Positions 52,468 to 64,000 of a stretch of 64,000 nt of DNA are shown here, piece by piece. Numbering within the stretch: position 1 is the stretch's first letter; every line of letters begins with the position of its first letter. The translations under genes and the position numbers were made by a program. This stretch comes from Mobula hypostoma (taxonomy: Eukaryota). The DNA lies in contig NC_086105.1 of NCBI RefSeq assembly GCF_963921235.1, forward strand, positions 44,888,001 to 44,952,000, given 5' to 3'. The notes under the pieces were generated by a model. That model did not search any database. It saw only the letters and a program-made list of their open reading frames with translations, and was not told the origin of the DNA.

Positions 52468-55400
52468 AGTTATATTAGTCTACATCAGAAAATTTAGTTT
52501 TTATGCTGAAAGTACAACAGTGCTGAAGATTAAATATTTTACCACATTTTACATATTATCATCAGCTGTCAGTAAGTTCTTCAGAATAATTGAATGACAG
52601 TAAACCTACTTGAATAATTGATCTCTTTTTACAGTCTGTAATAAACTTGAACTAAATCCTGTTACCTCATACTTCATGTATTGTCTGACAGCTTATGGAT
52701 GTGTGTCAAATGAATTTACAACTACTGGTTAAATTGTGTAATGGAGGTCACTGCTTTACTTTATAATGCACATCCCAGTCTACATTGCTGTTATTTGTTC
52801 AAATGCAGTAAAATATTTTATGATTAGCGTTTATTTCACTCCTGCCTCAGTTTTTCAAGAGATTGCACTGACGTAATTCACGAAAGTACTGAATTGACAC
52901 CTCCATTTTAGCTTGATTTGCATGCTGTCAGTCCATGTGTAAACAGCCATGTTGGAGTGGTGTGCTGGTAGCATTTGATTACCTGCAACAACAATACTTG
53001 GGCTTTATTTTATTCATAAATTTAATGACGATGAGCTGTTTGTGTGATGGAAAAGCTGTAATTTAATAAGTCGTCCCCTCCACGTATTATTAATTAAATT
53101 TCACTTGCTTACTTTGGTTTTCTGAATTGAACAAATGTTCTGGTGTAAAATTTGATTATGTGGTGTTACAGAGAGATGATAGTATTAGGGAGTTGTGTCA
53201 CACTGATACAGCAGCTGTATAATTAACATACCGCGCTCCATTTATAATGTCACTCAGAGATTGGAGCAGGATCTATGTCTGTAGCATCAAGCTCAGAGTT
53301 AATGTAAACTTGACAAATTCATACACTCTGAATCAGTTCTGGCACAAACGAGGCCTACCTCTTGGGGCCAATTTAGAAACTGTACTGTGCAAACTGTCAG
53401 TGGATTCGTTGCTGCATTAGCCATTGAAAAATGTGTGTGACCTAGAGCCAGCTGGAGGAACTGGATTAGAATGAAGAATGGCCTAATGCGGGTCTTGGGC
53501 TTACCCAGGGGACCCTAAACTCTCTCACTACTTACTTTGTTTGGAATGAATGGTAAAACTTCCTATCTTCATTAACCTGACAACAAGCAATACATTAACT
53601 TATTTGGTTTAAAATACATGTGAATTTCAATCCTAATGACAAGTTTTGATTGGCGAAGCAGCACAATGATTTTTATACATGATTTTATTGGAAAACAACT
53701 CTTAATGTTTATGAGTGTGTACTCATTGAGTTCATTAATAATGGTAATACGCTTGGAATGAAAGCTCATTTTGTGTTTGTAAGGTTACTCCCTGTGAAAC
53801 TGTAAATTCAATCCTAGTTTAACGTACAGATATTAACAGAATCAAGAGACAAATTCGCACTAAAGTTATGTAAAATGAGGAAGCTCTTCTGAACTTGGCA
53901 TTGGTCACTTTTGATGACCTAAAGCTAAGAGCTGGGAATTTTACATAATAACATCAAAATTTGTGGGTTGTTAGAAGATGAGAAGAGGTTTTAAATGAAG
54001 CAGATTAAGAGTAATAAAGTGAACAATACTTTAATTGTAGAATTTGGATTAGATTAATTCCTCCTCTCCTATCTAGCCCATCCTTTTCCTCAAATAATTA
54101 GAGTTTTGTTCTTGCTCTGAATGGAGAGATGTATGTTTAAGATTATTTGAATTCTCATGAAATCAATTATGCTCAGGAATGTATTCTAGTGAAATGGACT
54201 AAATACGCCAAAATGATAGCTTTGAGTTAGGCCTGCCGTGGAACAAAATTCAGAGGCAAATTAGAATGTGCTACTGCATAGCATATTTAACTCACAAAAC
54301 TGCAGATCAATTTCTAGATGTTGCACTTTTCAAGCTCGTTCATCATATTGCTCATGAAAGATTGTTAACATAAAGCACTGCAGGACAGTAAAAGAGAAGA
54401 ACGTACTCACTAGTTAGTCACCCCATCTTTCTATCCTTTGGCGTACTTGTCTTGTCTTGGCTCCCATACATTCAAAGTTCAAATGTAGGGTTTGCAAGGT
54501 ATTATTTGTGTTTGAATGAGAATGACATGGCAAAAATTGGTCTCATAAATAGTAACTGAAATGCATGGCTAGCTGATATGTTTTTATGGTGTTATTCGTT
54601 TTTAGAGTATGCCATCTTTGCCAATAGTGAGTGCCATTGGCAAAGGCATATGTTATCCATATCTAATCTTGGACAACTTAATGGAATTGAGCAATCTCAT
54701 AGCCATTTCGAAGATCATGTAAAAATCAAGCAATTTGTCATTTTGTGGGACAAGTTATGTTAGGTTGGGCTGGGTTATGATAACATATTTTTCATTGAGT
54801 ACTGGAGTGCTGTGCATTGCCCAGTACTGCCAAAGCACTTCCAAAGAATCTAATTTCTCAGCAAGTGACTTCAATCTCATACCACTAGGATTAAAATCAG
54901 AAGTTTCTACAAAGTTGTCAATTCATTTATTTATCTTTTGCATTGTATTTGATTTTATTAAATTATTGCCTTTTACTTTTGCCCTTGTGCATTTGAACTT
55001 ATGAAATGATTTGCTCAAGTTAGGAAACATTGCTAGGTCATTGTGATCTAGATAGGACATTAATGCACACTAAGAAACCAAAATATGCCTTTGAGGAGAA
55101 ACTTGATAGATGAAAGAATTAAAATAAAATCTCCCCAAATTTACAGGTTAAAGTCAAAATTCCATATTGCTTTTGTTTTTCAGTTACAAACTCAAAGTTG
55201 TCAAGGTAGTATGACAAGACTACAGATTTATGCTTCAAATAGAAAGTGAAGGAAATTAATTTTCTATTTATTTGGCAATACTGACCTTCTGATATGAAGA
55301 AGGAAATGAATTTGGTTGCGTTCAATGTCAGAGCTCTTGATTAGTATAAGCAGGGCATGATTCCCATGACAGCTGGCTGAAATGAACTCATTTTCACATT

Positions 55401-55624
55401 TCATTTTACATTCAAGCCCCCACATATCTTTGTCTTCATGGGTCATTTACTTACAGTATATATCCTAGTCTTCTAGGCCGATCGTTACCATGCCCAATCA
55501 TTTTTAAGCTTTTGACGTACAGATGGAATTATCAGTGTATTCTGAATACTAGTGCACAAAGAAAAGCCCACCCTATATACCCAAGCTTGTCTAATTCGAA
55601 AAGATCACGCTATTTACAAGTAGT

Positions 55625-56790
55625 GTGCCATGGCAGTGTAGCGGTTAGCATGGCGCTTTTGCAGCTTGGAGTATAATTCTGCCGCTGTCTGTACAGAGTT
55701 TGTACATCCTCTCTGTGAACGCACGGGCTTCCACCTGGTGCTCCAGTTTCCTCTCAGTTCCAGGGATTTACTGATTTGTAGGTTAATTGGTCATTGAAAA
55801 TTGCCCTGTGATTAGGCTAGGGTTAAATAGGAGGCCTCCAAGAGGACCACAAACTTGTCATTGGTGGAGGTTCGCGTGCCCCAATGACCCGGAGAGCTAT
55901 GTTGGCTGGAATCAGGGCTTTATGCTTTGGTTCTTGGTAGGGACGCCCACGGCTAACAGGTCAAAGGGTAGAGGCCAGACTAAGAGTGGTCCACCGATCC
56001 TCCAGGTTCGGGGGTACAGCTCAGGCTAGCAACCCTGACTGGTAAAACAAATTTGTAACAGAAACAGCAATGAAGAATCCTCCTATATTTGTGTGCGACT
56101 GTATGGACAGACAGGGTGTATGGGGAGTCAGGGAGGGGTAGCACCTCTGGTGGGGGAACATGTCGCGTCCTTTTCAAGGCTCTTAGTCCACTTTTGGTTC
56201 CTACCTGGCACCTGTGGCTCCCCATAGCTGTTTGCATGCGACAGCGGCCACACCCCAGGCAATGGCTTAGACAAGTTGGCTAAACCAGGTGAGGGTAGCT
56301 GACGGGTCTCAAACCCTCGGTGAGATAGGGAGTTGTCTATCCCAGCATGTGAAGACAGACTCCGCGGATTGAGCGGATGAGACCAACGGAAGGTCCAACG
56401 GTCAAGAAGGTGGTCTCTGCAAGCGTCGTGGAACGTGTAGAGCAGGACAAGACACAGAAGATGTCCTGGTCATCCACTGCACCTATTCCCATCTCCAGCC
56501 ATCTTGACTCTGTCTTGCCACTGGATCCAGATGGGAATTGAGAAGAGAGAGTGAGAGTGAGGCAACTGTCCCTCACTTAAATCCAAATCATGCACTCTCG
56601 ACACCATCATAATGGTGTCGAGGTCCTCATCAATGTTGATGATGGATGAACACATATGGGCAGACAGGTGGAGGACCTTCATCGGTGCCCGAAGCACCAG
56701 CGACGTAACAGGCAGTAAGTAAGTGAGTTAGTCGGTGGGTTGTTGGGTGGGAAAGGCCTATTTTGCACTAAATCTCTAAATAAAATTAAG
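55625..56790 (+). mobile_element. V-SINE (55625-55830, resuming near 56725) interrupted by RTE-derived non-autonomous sequence ending in (GTAA)n
   Basis: V-SINE head ggcagtgtagcggttagc; Expander/Rex3-like 5' sequence ggagagctatgttgg..ggtaggg..caggtc..ggccagac; RTE-like 3' end tggaggaccttcatcggtgccc..ggcagtaagtaagt. Confidence 0.6.
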
Positions 56791-57619
56791 AAACATAAAC
56801 TGCCAATGGACCTCTTGTTGACATTGCCTGGATTTTCTGGGGTTCACAAGCCATCCCTAAATTTTTTTGCTGATCATTCTCCTAACAAATTTCTCAATAT
56901 ATGCCAGTGATATTAGGCCTGATTCTGACAATTAGCACAAGTACTGTGGAAAAGGGAAGACATCTTAGACAGGTTTCAAAACAAATGATTGAAGCTTGCC
57001 ACCTGATTAGTCAGCCACGGGGATTCTGCTTATCAACATCACACACCTGGTTGTTTTGATTTTTGCAATGCCGTCCTAAAGGCATCAGAGAAATAATCCT
57101 GCTTTTGCTGGACTATTTGTCAACGGACACGTGATAATATCCACAGATACAGTCAGAAATGCAATTGACATATTGACATCGATGAGGGAATACCAGTTGT
57201 AAAAGATATTGGGAATTGTTTTTGATTAATTTAGTGTCCAAAGAATTTCTGCTCTGGCTAGCAGTATTGCTTTCTACAATTGTTCAAGAGTAAATGATTG
57301 AAATCTTGTCACAAAACACGCAATGTAATCAGAACAGCCTGCGACATATTAAATCTTTGCTTCATATTTTACAGCAACATGTTCTAATTTTCTGGATGTA
57401 TTAACCTGCATTACTGAAAGTAAGGCTTTGTAAATTAGCTCAGCAGTAGTCTTTTCCTTGTGATATTGTAAGGTGAGTTGTGCTCAAGCAATTGGTAAGA
57501 GTAATAATTTGCATAAAGGTGTTTTGTAATATTATTTGCTTGGTTAATTGGGCAGTAGCTCGCATGCTTTATGTGCTTTCATTACTAAAGCAATCTTCTT
57601 TGAAAGGGTGAAGCAGGAG

Positions 57620-57980
57620 GTGCTGAGCGGGCTGGGGAGAGGCGGCGGGGAGACTGGTGAGTGTGCTGGGGAGTGGTGCGGGGAGACTGGTGAGTGTGCT
57701 GGGGAGAGGTGGCGGGGAGCCTGGTGAGTGGGCTGGGGAGAGGTGGCGGGGAGCCTGGTGAGTGGGCTGGGGAGAGGTGCGGGGAGACTGGTGAGTGTGC
57801 TGGGGAGTGGTGTGGGGAGACTGGTGAGTGTGCTGGGGAGTGGTGTGGGGAGACTGGTGAGCGGGCTGGGGAGTGGTGTGGGGAGACTGGTGAGCGGGCT
57901 GGAGAGTGGTGTGGGTAGACTGGTGAGCGGGCTGGGGAGTGGTGTGGGGAGAGTGGTGAGTGTGCTGGGGAGAGGCAGTG
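57620..57980. repeat. 33-bp G-rich minisatellite, about 11 copies
   Basis: Unit ggggagactggtgagtgtgctggggagtggtgc. Confidence 0.95.
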
Positions 57981-58629
57981 GGGTGGATGTTTTGTGGGCT
58001 GGTTTATGAGAAGGTATAGACAATTCAATCCATCATACATGCACCATATTCAGTAAAGTCATGGCTGACTTTTTGAGTTTCACACAATAATTTCGTATCC
58101 TTGATTCTCTTGCTTTAAAGCCTATAAACTCTTAAATATACTCAGGACTGAGACTCCTCCACTCTCTTTTTGTTAAAAAAGTACCTAGGTTTACTCCGAC
58201 TGGATGAAGAAATCTCCTCTTATCCTAGTCTTGAATGGCCAGCCCCTGCTTTTTGAATGTGACACGTCAATCAGGGTATACAAGCCCTGTGAGGTATTCG
58301 GAAGTTTCAGTGATATCACCAAGCGTGGGAGTTGAGTGAAGTTAGGTGGGTTAAGGAAGGAAACGGGAGATGAGAGGGAGGTGGTGAATGCCAGGAAGGA
58401 TGGAGTGTGAAGGAGAAGTGCTGAGGTGTGGGGAGGGGTGCTGTTGTGTGAAAGCAGAGAGTCTTGGAGGGAGAGGTTGAGTGAAGAAGTGGGAAATAAA
58501 AGGTAAGGAATTGAAAGGGTACATGAGTGAACAAAACTGGAGGGTGAGCAGCAGCTGTCGTGGTCCACATCGGTACAATAACATGGGTAGGATGGGTGAC
58601 AAGCTCCTGCAAAGTGCATAGACGGGAAC

Positions 58630-60102
58630 TAAGGAGGGGTAGTCAACAAGGCTTTGCACATGGTAAATCGTGCCGAACCAATCTTAAAGATTTTTGAAGA
58701 AGTTACCCAGAAAAGTTAATGAAGGTATGGCAGTGGATGTTGTCTATGTGGACTTTAGCAAGGCCTTTGACAAGGAAGCTAGTCAAGAAGATTCGGTTGC
58801 TTGGCATTCAAGATGAGGTAGTAAATTGGATAAGACATTGGCTTCATGGAAGAAGCCAGAGAGTGGTTCTAGATGCTTCCCTTTCTGACTGGAAGCTTGT
58901 GACAAGTGGTGTGCTGCAGGGATCAGTGCTGGGTCTGTTGCTGTTTGTCATTTATTTCAATGATCTGGATAATAATGTGGTAAACTGGATCAGCTAGTTT
59001 GCGGATGACGTCAAGATTGGGAGTGTAGTGGATAGCGAAGAATACTACCAGAGCTTGCAGTGGGATCTGGACTAGCTGGAAAATGGCAGATGGAATTTAA
59101 ATCAGAGAAGTGTGAGGTGTTGCACTTTGGGAGGACCAAGCAAGGTAGGTCTTACATGGTGAGTGGTAGGGCACTGACGAGTGCGGTCAAACAGATGGAT
59201 CTGGGAACACAAATTTATAATTCCTTGAACGTGGCGTCACAGGAAGATAGGGTCGTGAAGAAAGCTTCCGGTACATTAGCCTTCTTAAGTCAATGTATTG
59301 AGTACAGGAGATGGGATGCTATGTTGAAATTGTATAAGATGTTGGTGAGGCTTAATTTGGAGTATTGTGTGCAATTATGGTCTCCTACCTACGGGAAAGA
59401 TGTAAATAAGACTGACAGAGTACAAAGAAAATTCACAGGGATGTTGTCAGTCCTTGAGGACCTGAGTTATAGGGAAAGGCTGAATAGGTTAGGATTTCAT
59501 TCACTAGAATATAGAAGATTGAGGGAAGATTTGATAGTGGTATACAAAATTATGAGGAGTATGAATAGGGTAAATGAAAGCAACACACATAAAAGTTGCT
59601 GGTGAACGCAGCAGGCCAGGCAGCATCTCTAGGAAGAGGACCCTTCGTCAGGACTCGGCCTGAAACATCAACTGCACCTCTTCCTAGAGATGCTGCCTGG
59701 CCTGCTGCGTTCACCAGCAACTTTGATGTGTGTTGCTTGAATTTCCAGCATCTGCAGAATTCCTGTTGTTAGGGTAAATGCAAGCAGGCTTTTTTCACTG
59801 AGGTTGGGTGAGACTAACAAGAGGCCATGGGCTAAGAGTGAAAGGTGGAATGTTTATGGAGAACATGAGGGGGATCTTCACTCAACAGGTGGTGATAGTG
59901 TTGAATGAGCTGCCAGTGCAAGTGATGGATGCGGGATTGGTTCCAACATTTAATAGATATTTGGTTAGGTACATGGATGAGAGGGGCATGGAGGGGGTTG
60001 GTCCAGGTGCAGGTCCTTGGTACTAGGAAGATTAATGGTTCAACACAGACTAGATGGGCCAAAGGGCCTTTCTTCAGTGCTGTAGTGTTCTATGATTCTA
60101 TG
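58630..60102 (+). mobile_element. CR1 LINE RT fragment, decayed
   Basis: VTSGVLQGSVLG, FADD and LEYCVQLWSP; tail ttctatgattctatga. Confidence 0.92.
59577..59769. mobile_element. Palindromic Penelope-derived insertion inside the CR1
   Basis: Near-perfect inverted arms of about 60 bp; TSD tagggtaaatg (59566-59576 and 59770-59780); arm nearly identical to 32530-32586. Confidence 0.9.
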
Positions 60103-60217
60103 AAGGGGAAATCTGTGGTAGTGAAGTCAAGTCAAGTCGCTTTTATTGTCATTTCAACTATAACTGCTGGTACAGTACACAGTAAAAACAAAACAACGTT
60201 TCTCCAGGACCATGGTG

Positions 60218-60392
60218 CTACATGAAACAACACAGAACTACACTAGACTACCTGAAACAAGACAAAACTACACTAGACTACCTGAAACAAGACAAAACTA
60301 CAGTAGACTACTGGAAACAACACAAACCTACACTAGACTACGTGAAACAACACAAAACTACACTAGACTAAGTGAAACAACACAAAACTACA
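60218..60392. repeat. 30-bp tandem repeat, about 6 copies, within a LINE tail starting near 60125
   Basis: Unit ctacatgaaacaacacaaaactacactaga; (agtca)n tail at 60125. Confidence 0.93.
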
Positions 60393-61573
60393 ACACACTT
60401 CAGACCTACACGGGACTACATAAAGAGCACAAAACAGTGCAATACAGTACAATAATTAATAAACAAGACAATAGGCACAGTAAAGGACAAATTACAATAT
60501 AATAAAAATGTAAATTTAAATATAAACAATGTAAACAATGTTTTAGTAGGAATGGAGAAAGAAATGAGAAAAAATTGCAAAGGGAGTGGAGTGGCGTTCA
60601 GTTGAGTGTATGTGTATCCAAACTAGGCATCACTGAGTAAATCCTGCTCAATGACAATGACGTATTTCAGCGCCTCAATTATTGAGAGGAGGCTAAACTG
60701 CATTTGTCTTGCTTTTTGTGTGCAGGACCTATCTCTGGCAGTTTTGTATATGATTTAGTATTTCATCTGTATCTGAACTGTTTGGCTAGATGTGCACTAG
60801 TCCTGAAGCTCAGGTCTCCAGTACAAAAGCTGTGACATTCCTGGAATCAGAGTGTTTGCTATACCTTCACATCACATAAAGTGAGTTGCCTTGGCTTAAA
60901 GCTGTTCCCAGTGATGGTGAGGATCTCAGGAGAAAGCTGAGATGGGCAATCCATTCAGCATTTCCAGATGAACACAGTCAAGAAGGAAAGTACTGAAGAG
61001 GGTGAGAGGGGACTTTCCCAAGATAGTTTTGAGAGTTTTTTCACTGTCCATCTGTTAATCTCTTTCCATGACGAAGCCTGGATTATTTTGATGGGAGTCT
61101 GATATCAGATATTGGAATTATTAAGTGTAATTAGGGACACAAGGTTGAAGATGTCAGTCTAGGGAGGTTGTTGATATCAGTTATCCTTTCCATGGATTTG
61201 CAAAATTTGTAGAATCACTATTTATAATATCTCTCCAATGAATTAGATATCTATATGTTGCTCAAGTCTGTTTGCCTGGGATCTCAGAGGAACCATTACT
61301 GCAGGACAACTGAAGAATCCATTGTCATTCTCCCTCTCAAAAAATCATTCATCCAGAACTGCCATGGAGCTCCTACCGAGTGTGATTGCAAGATTTTGGT
61401 TCCAGTCACTATGCAGGGGTGTTAACCTCTGTTGCTTCTGAACTTAACCATTAATATTTTGATTTTGCAACTCCTTATCTGGGTTTCGTGGATTATCTAG
61501 AAGCTATTAGAACATGTTGAGGAGGCTCAGCCCAAAAGCAGAGCAGCAGAAACAGTTTTCTGCAGGTCTGACA

Positions 61574-64000
61574 GGGCCCAATGGCCTAGAAAGATCCAAA
61601 TGGGTCCAGTGAAACTCCTCAGTGAGCGATGGATTTAAGATGTAATGGATGGCACCCAAGATCTCTCCTCCAGGCCAGACCCTTCCCAGATGAGTGCCGC
61701 CCTGTTCACCGTGATGTGAACCCATCAACCGGAGAACCGTGTACACTGAACCACCTTCCACTATCCTTGGGCCCAGAAGTGCAGGCTCAGGTAGGTTGAG
61801 TGGACAATGAGCTTGAGGTAGGACTCGAGGGTACGTAGGAGTGATCCTGAGGGACAGTGGCAGCTGGAAACTGCAAGTGACTGGATTGATGCGATGGGTA
61901 ATCTTGAAGAGACAAATGAACTGGAACGAGAGCTTGTGGGTGTTCAGTGCGCAGAGACAGATCTTGGGTAGACACTCAGACACTGTGCATCACCGGCGGT
62001 CCTGGTCAGCAAGTATGGCCCTCTGTGCGCTCTTCCAAGTGTTGTGGCAGCAGCAAACCAAGGCCCTTGCAGGTGGCACCTCACTGTTAGCTCCTCTGAA
62101 GGGAAAAAATAGGGATTGGTAGCCATGAACCACATCAAAGGGTGACATTCCTGTGGCGGAGGAGATGTCTATTGTGGAACAGCTTGGCCCAGAGCAGATA
62201 CTTTTTCCATGTGGAAAGGTTAGAGGTGGCAAAACATCTCAGAAACATCTCCAATTATTGATTGGTTCTTTCTGACTGACCGTTGGTCTGCAGGCAATAG
62301 CCAGAGGACAAACTCACTCAGGTGTGGAGGAAGGAGCAGAAGGCTCGTCGGAAGCAGGAGACAAATTGTGGGCCTTGGTACAACACAGTGTACTGAGGGA
62401 AGCCGTGGAGATGAGCTACGTGTTGGGGAATCAGGTCCGCCATTCTTAGCAGCTGATGACAATTTGCAAGATGGACCACCTTGGAGAACTGGACCACCAC
62501 TGCTATGATCACCATCACCCCAATGGATGGTGAAAAATTCATGGTGATATGTGACCATGGGCGTCGAGAGACCGGCAGGAACCACAGCAGGCAAAAGGCC
62601 TGCTGGTTAGAGGAATTGGACTAGGCACCTTGAGAGCAGACAGCAACGAACTGGCGTACATCTGTGTTCATGGTGGGATACCAGACCGGTAATGCAGAAA
62701 ATCCAGAGTCCATCTTGCACCTGGATGGCTGGAGAAGATTGAGGATTGGGCCCACTGGAGTGCCTCAGTGCACACGGCTACCAGGTACATGCGGCTGTCG
62801 GGTGTGTCGGCAGGAACAGACGTGCTGTAGGGCATGGCGGATCTGGTTCTCAAGGTCCCAGATGATCAGAATGAGGATCTGGGAGAATGGAATGATGGGC
62901 TGAGGGTCAATCTCTGTTTCAGCTGGGTTGAACTGTGGTTACAGGACATCTGCCTTAGTGTTCTTGGAGCTGGGTCGGTAGGAGATGGTAAAATTGAATT
63001 GCTTGAAGAAGAGGGCACAACAAGCCTGAGATGGGTGAGTTGGTGGGTCTGTTGTATGGATATGAGGTTCTGGTGGTCAGTCCAGATCAGAAGGGGCTCG
63101 CTGTTTCCCCATCAACCAATGTCTCCATTCCTCCGAGGCCCATTTGATGTAGCTCCCTATCTCCTACTCCATAACAACGCTGTATGGAGTTGAACTTGTG
63201 CGAGAAGAAGGCACAGGGATGTGTCTTCCCACCTGGTTCTTGCTGGGAGAAGATGGTCCCAGCACCCATGTCAAATGTGCCCACCTTTACCACAAATGGA
63301 GGGGTTCGGATGGTGAGAATGGGAGTGACGGAGAAGCGTCTCAAGCTTCTTGAAAGTGTGGTCTGTGGCGGCAGACCAGGTTGTCTGTAAGGTAGGACGT
63401 TTGGTGTGGGAAGTGAAAAGAGCAGCCATTTGGCTGTGATTTTTGATGAACCAACGGTAAATGTTGGAGAAGCCCAAGAAGCTCTGTAGCTGCTTGAGGG
63501 AGCGTGGTCAGGGCCACTCAACGATGGTGTGCACTCTCTCTGGGTCCATGATTATACCTTGAGGTAAAAGGACGTAACCCAGGAAGGAACTGGCATTTTT
63601 CTAACTTGCAGATATGTCCAAAGTAGTCAATGCAGGGACAAAAACCCCCACCTTTCTTCTTAACAAAGAAGAATCCTGCACTGGCAGGGGACTCGATGGT
63701 TGAATGAAGCCATGCTGTAGCATTTTGGTGATGTAGTCATTCGTGGCTTGGGTCACAGGAGGGGAGAGGGAGAACGGATGATCTCGGGGAGGGATGATGT
63801 CCGGGAGGAGGTTGATCATGTAGTCATGTGGTTTCTGAAACAGCTGGCCTCCTTTTTATTGAAAGTGATGACTAGGTCGCGGTACTCCTGTGGGAATTTG
63901 GAGAGGTAGAGGATTTCTGCCGTCTCCATCGATTTATGTGGTGAGGTTAACTGAGGTTGCTGGCAGGTGGTCTGGCAGATGGCTCCCCAACTCAGCAGTG
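61574..64000 (-). mobile_element. Decayed sushi-like Gypsy (chromovirus) pol: RT, RNase H, integrase, chromodomain; runs off the window
   Basis: INLLPDIIPPR..GFIQPSS; GAGTIFSQ..THPCAFFSHKF..YGVGDREL; SSHPG; SSATGMSPFDVVHGYQ; RINPVTCSFQLPLSLRI; GGSVYTVLRL..ERSWVP chromodomain remnant. Confidence 0.9.

Noticed and set aside
57544-58040. Pro/Ser/Thr-rich mucin-like ORFs
   Set aside because: Translation of the 33-bp minisatellite; open in several frames on both strands with no splice evidence.
60218-60392. 30-bp repeats resembling a CRISPR array
   Set aside because: Units are contiguous with no unique spacers, there are no cas genes, and the context is eukaryotic.

Overview
Eukaryotic, AT-rich vertebrate genomic DNA. 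The repeat complement (CR1 LINEs, V-SINEs, DeuSINE, Rex1, Penelope-like elements) points to a cartilaginous fish, probably a ray; this is inference. One host gene is present: the last six coding exons of GXYLT1 (glucoside xylosyltransferase 1, GT8 family, + strand, 5617-24868, all GT-AG introns; the 5' exons were not found in the window). The rest is introns and transposon-rich intergenic DNA. It holds a young CR1 LINE with an uninterrupted 999-codon ORF2, a decayed two-LTR Gypsy element with a nested L1 fragment, a related solo LTR, a sushi-like Gypsy running off the right edge, a Penelope-like GIY-YIG element with short palindromic derivatives, RTE/Rex1 fragments, SINEs and minisatellites. 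Best leads: (1) a U_UUA_AAC slippery heptamer inside the 16-nt ORF1/ORF2 overlap of the CR1, whose ORF2 has no usable AUG, with the heptamer also kept in a second divergent CR1, suggesting -1 ribosomal frameshifting; (2) a minimal hammerhead ribozyme motif at the Penelope 3' end and TSD-flanked hairpin elements built from it; (3) a TSD-flanked L1 insertion without its 3' end. No prokaryotic genes, CRISPR arrays, rRNA or true tRNA genes were seen. Most short ORFs in the track are spurious. Boundaries of old repeats are approximate.
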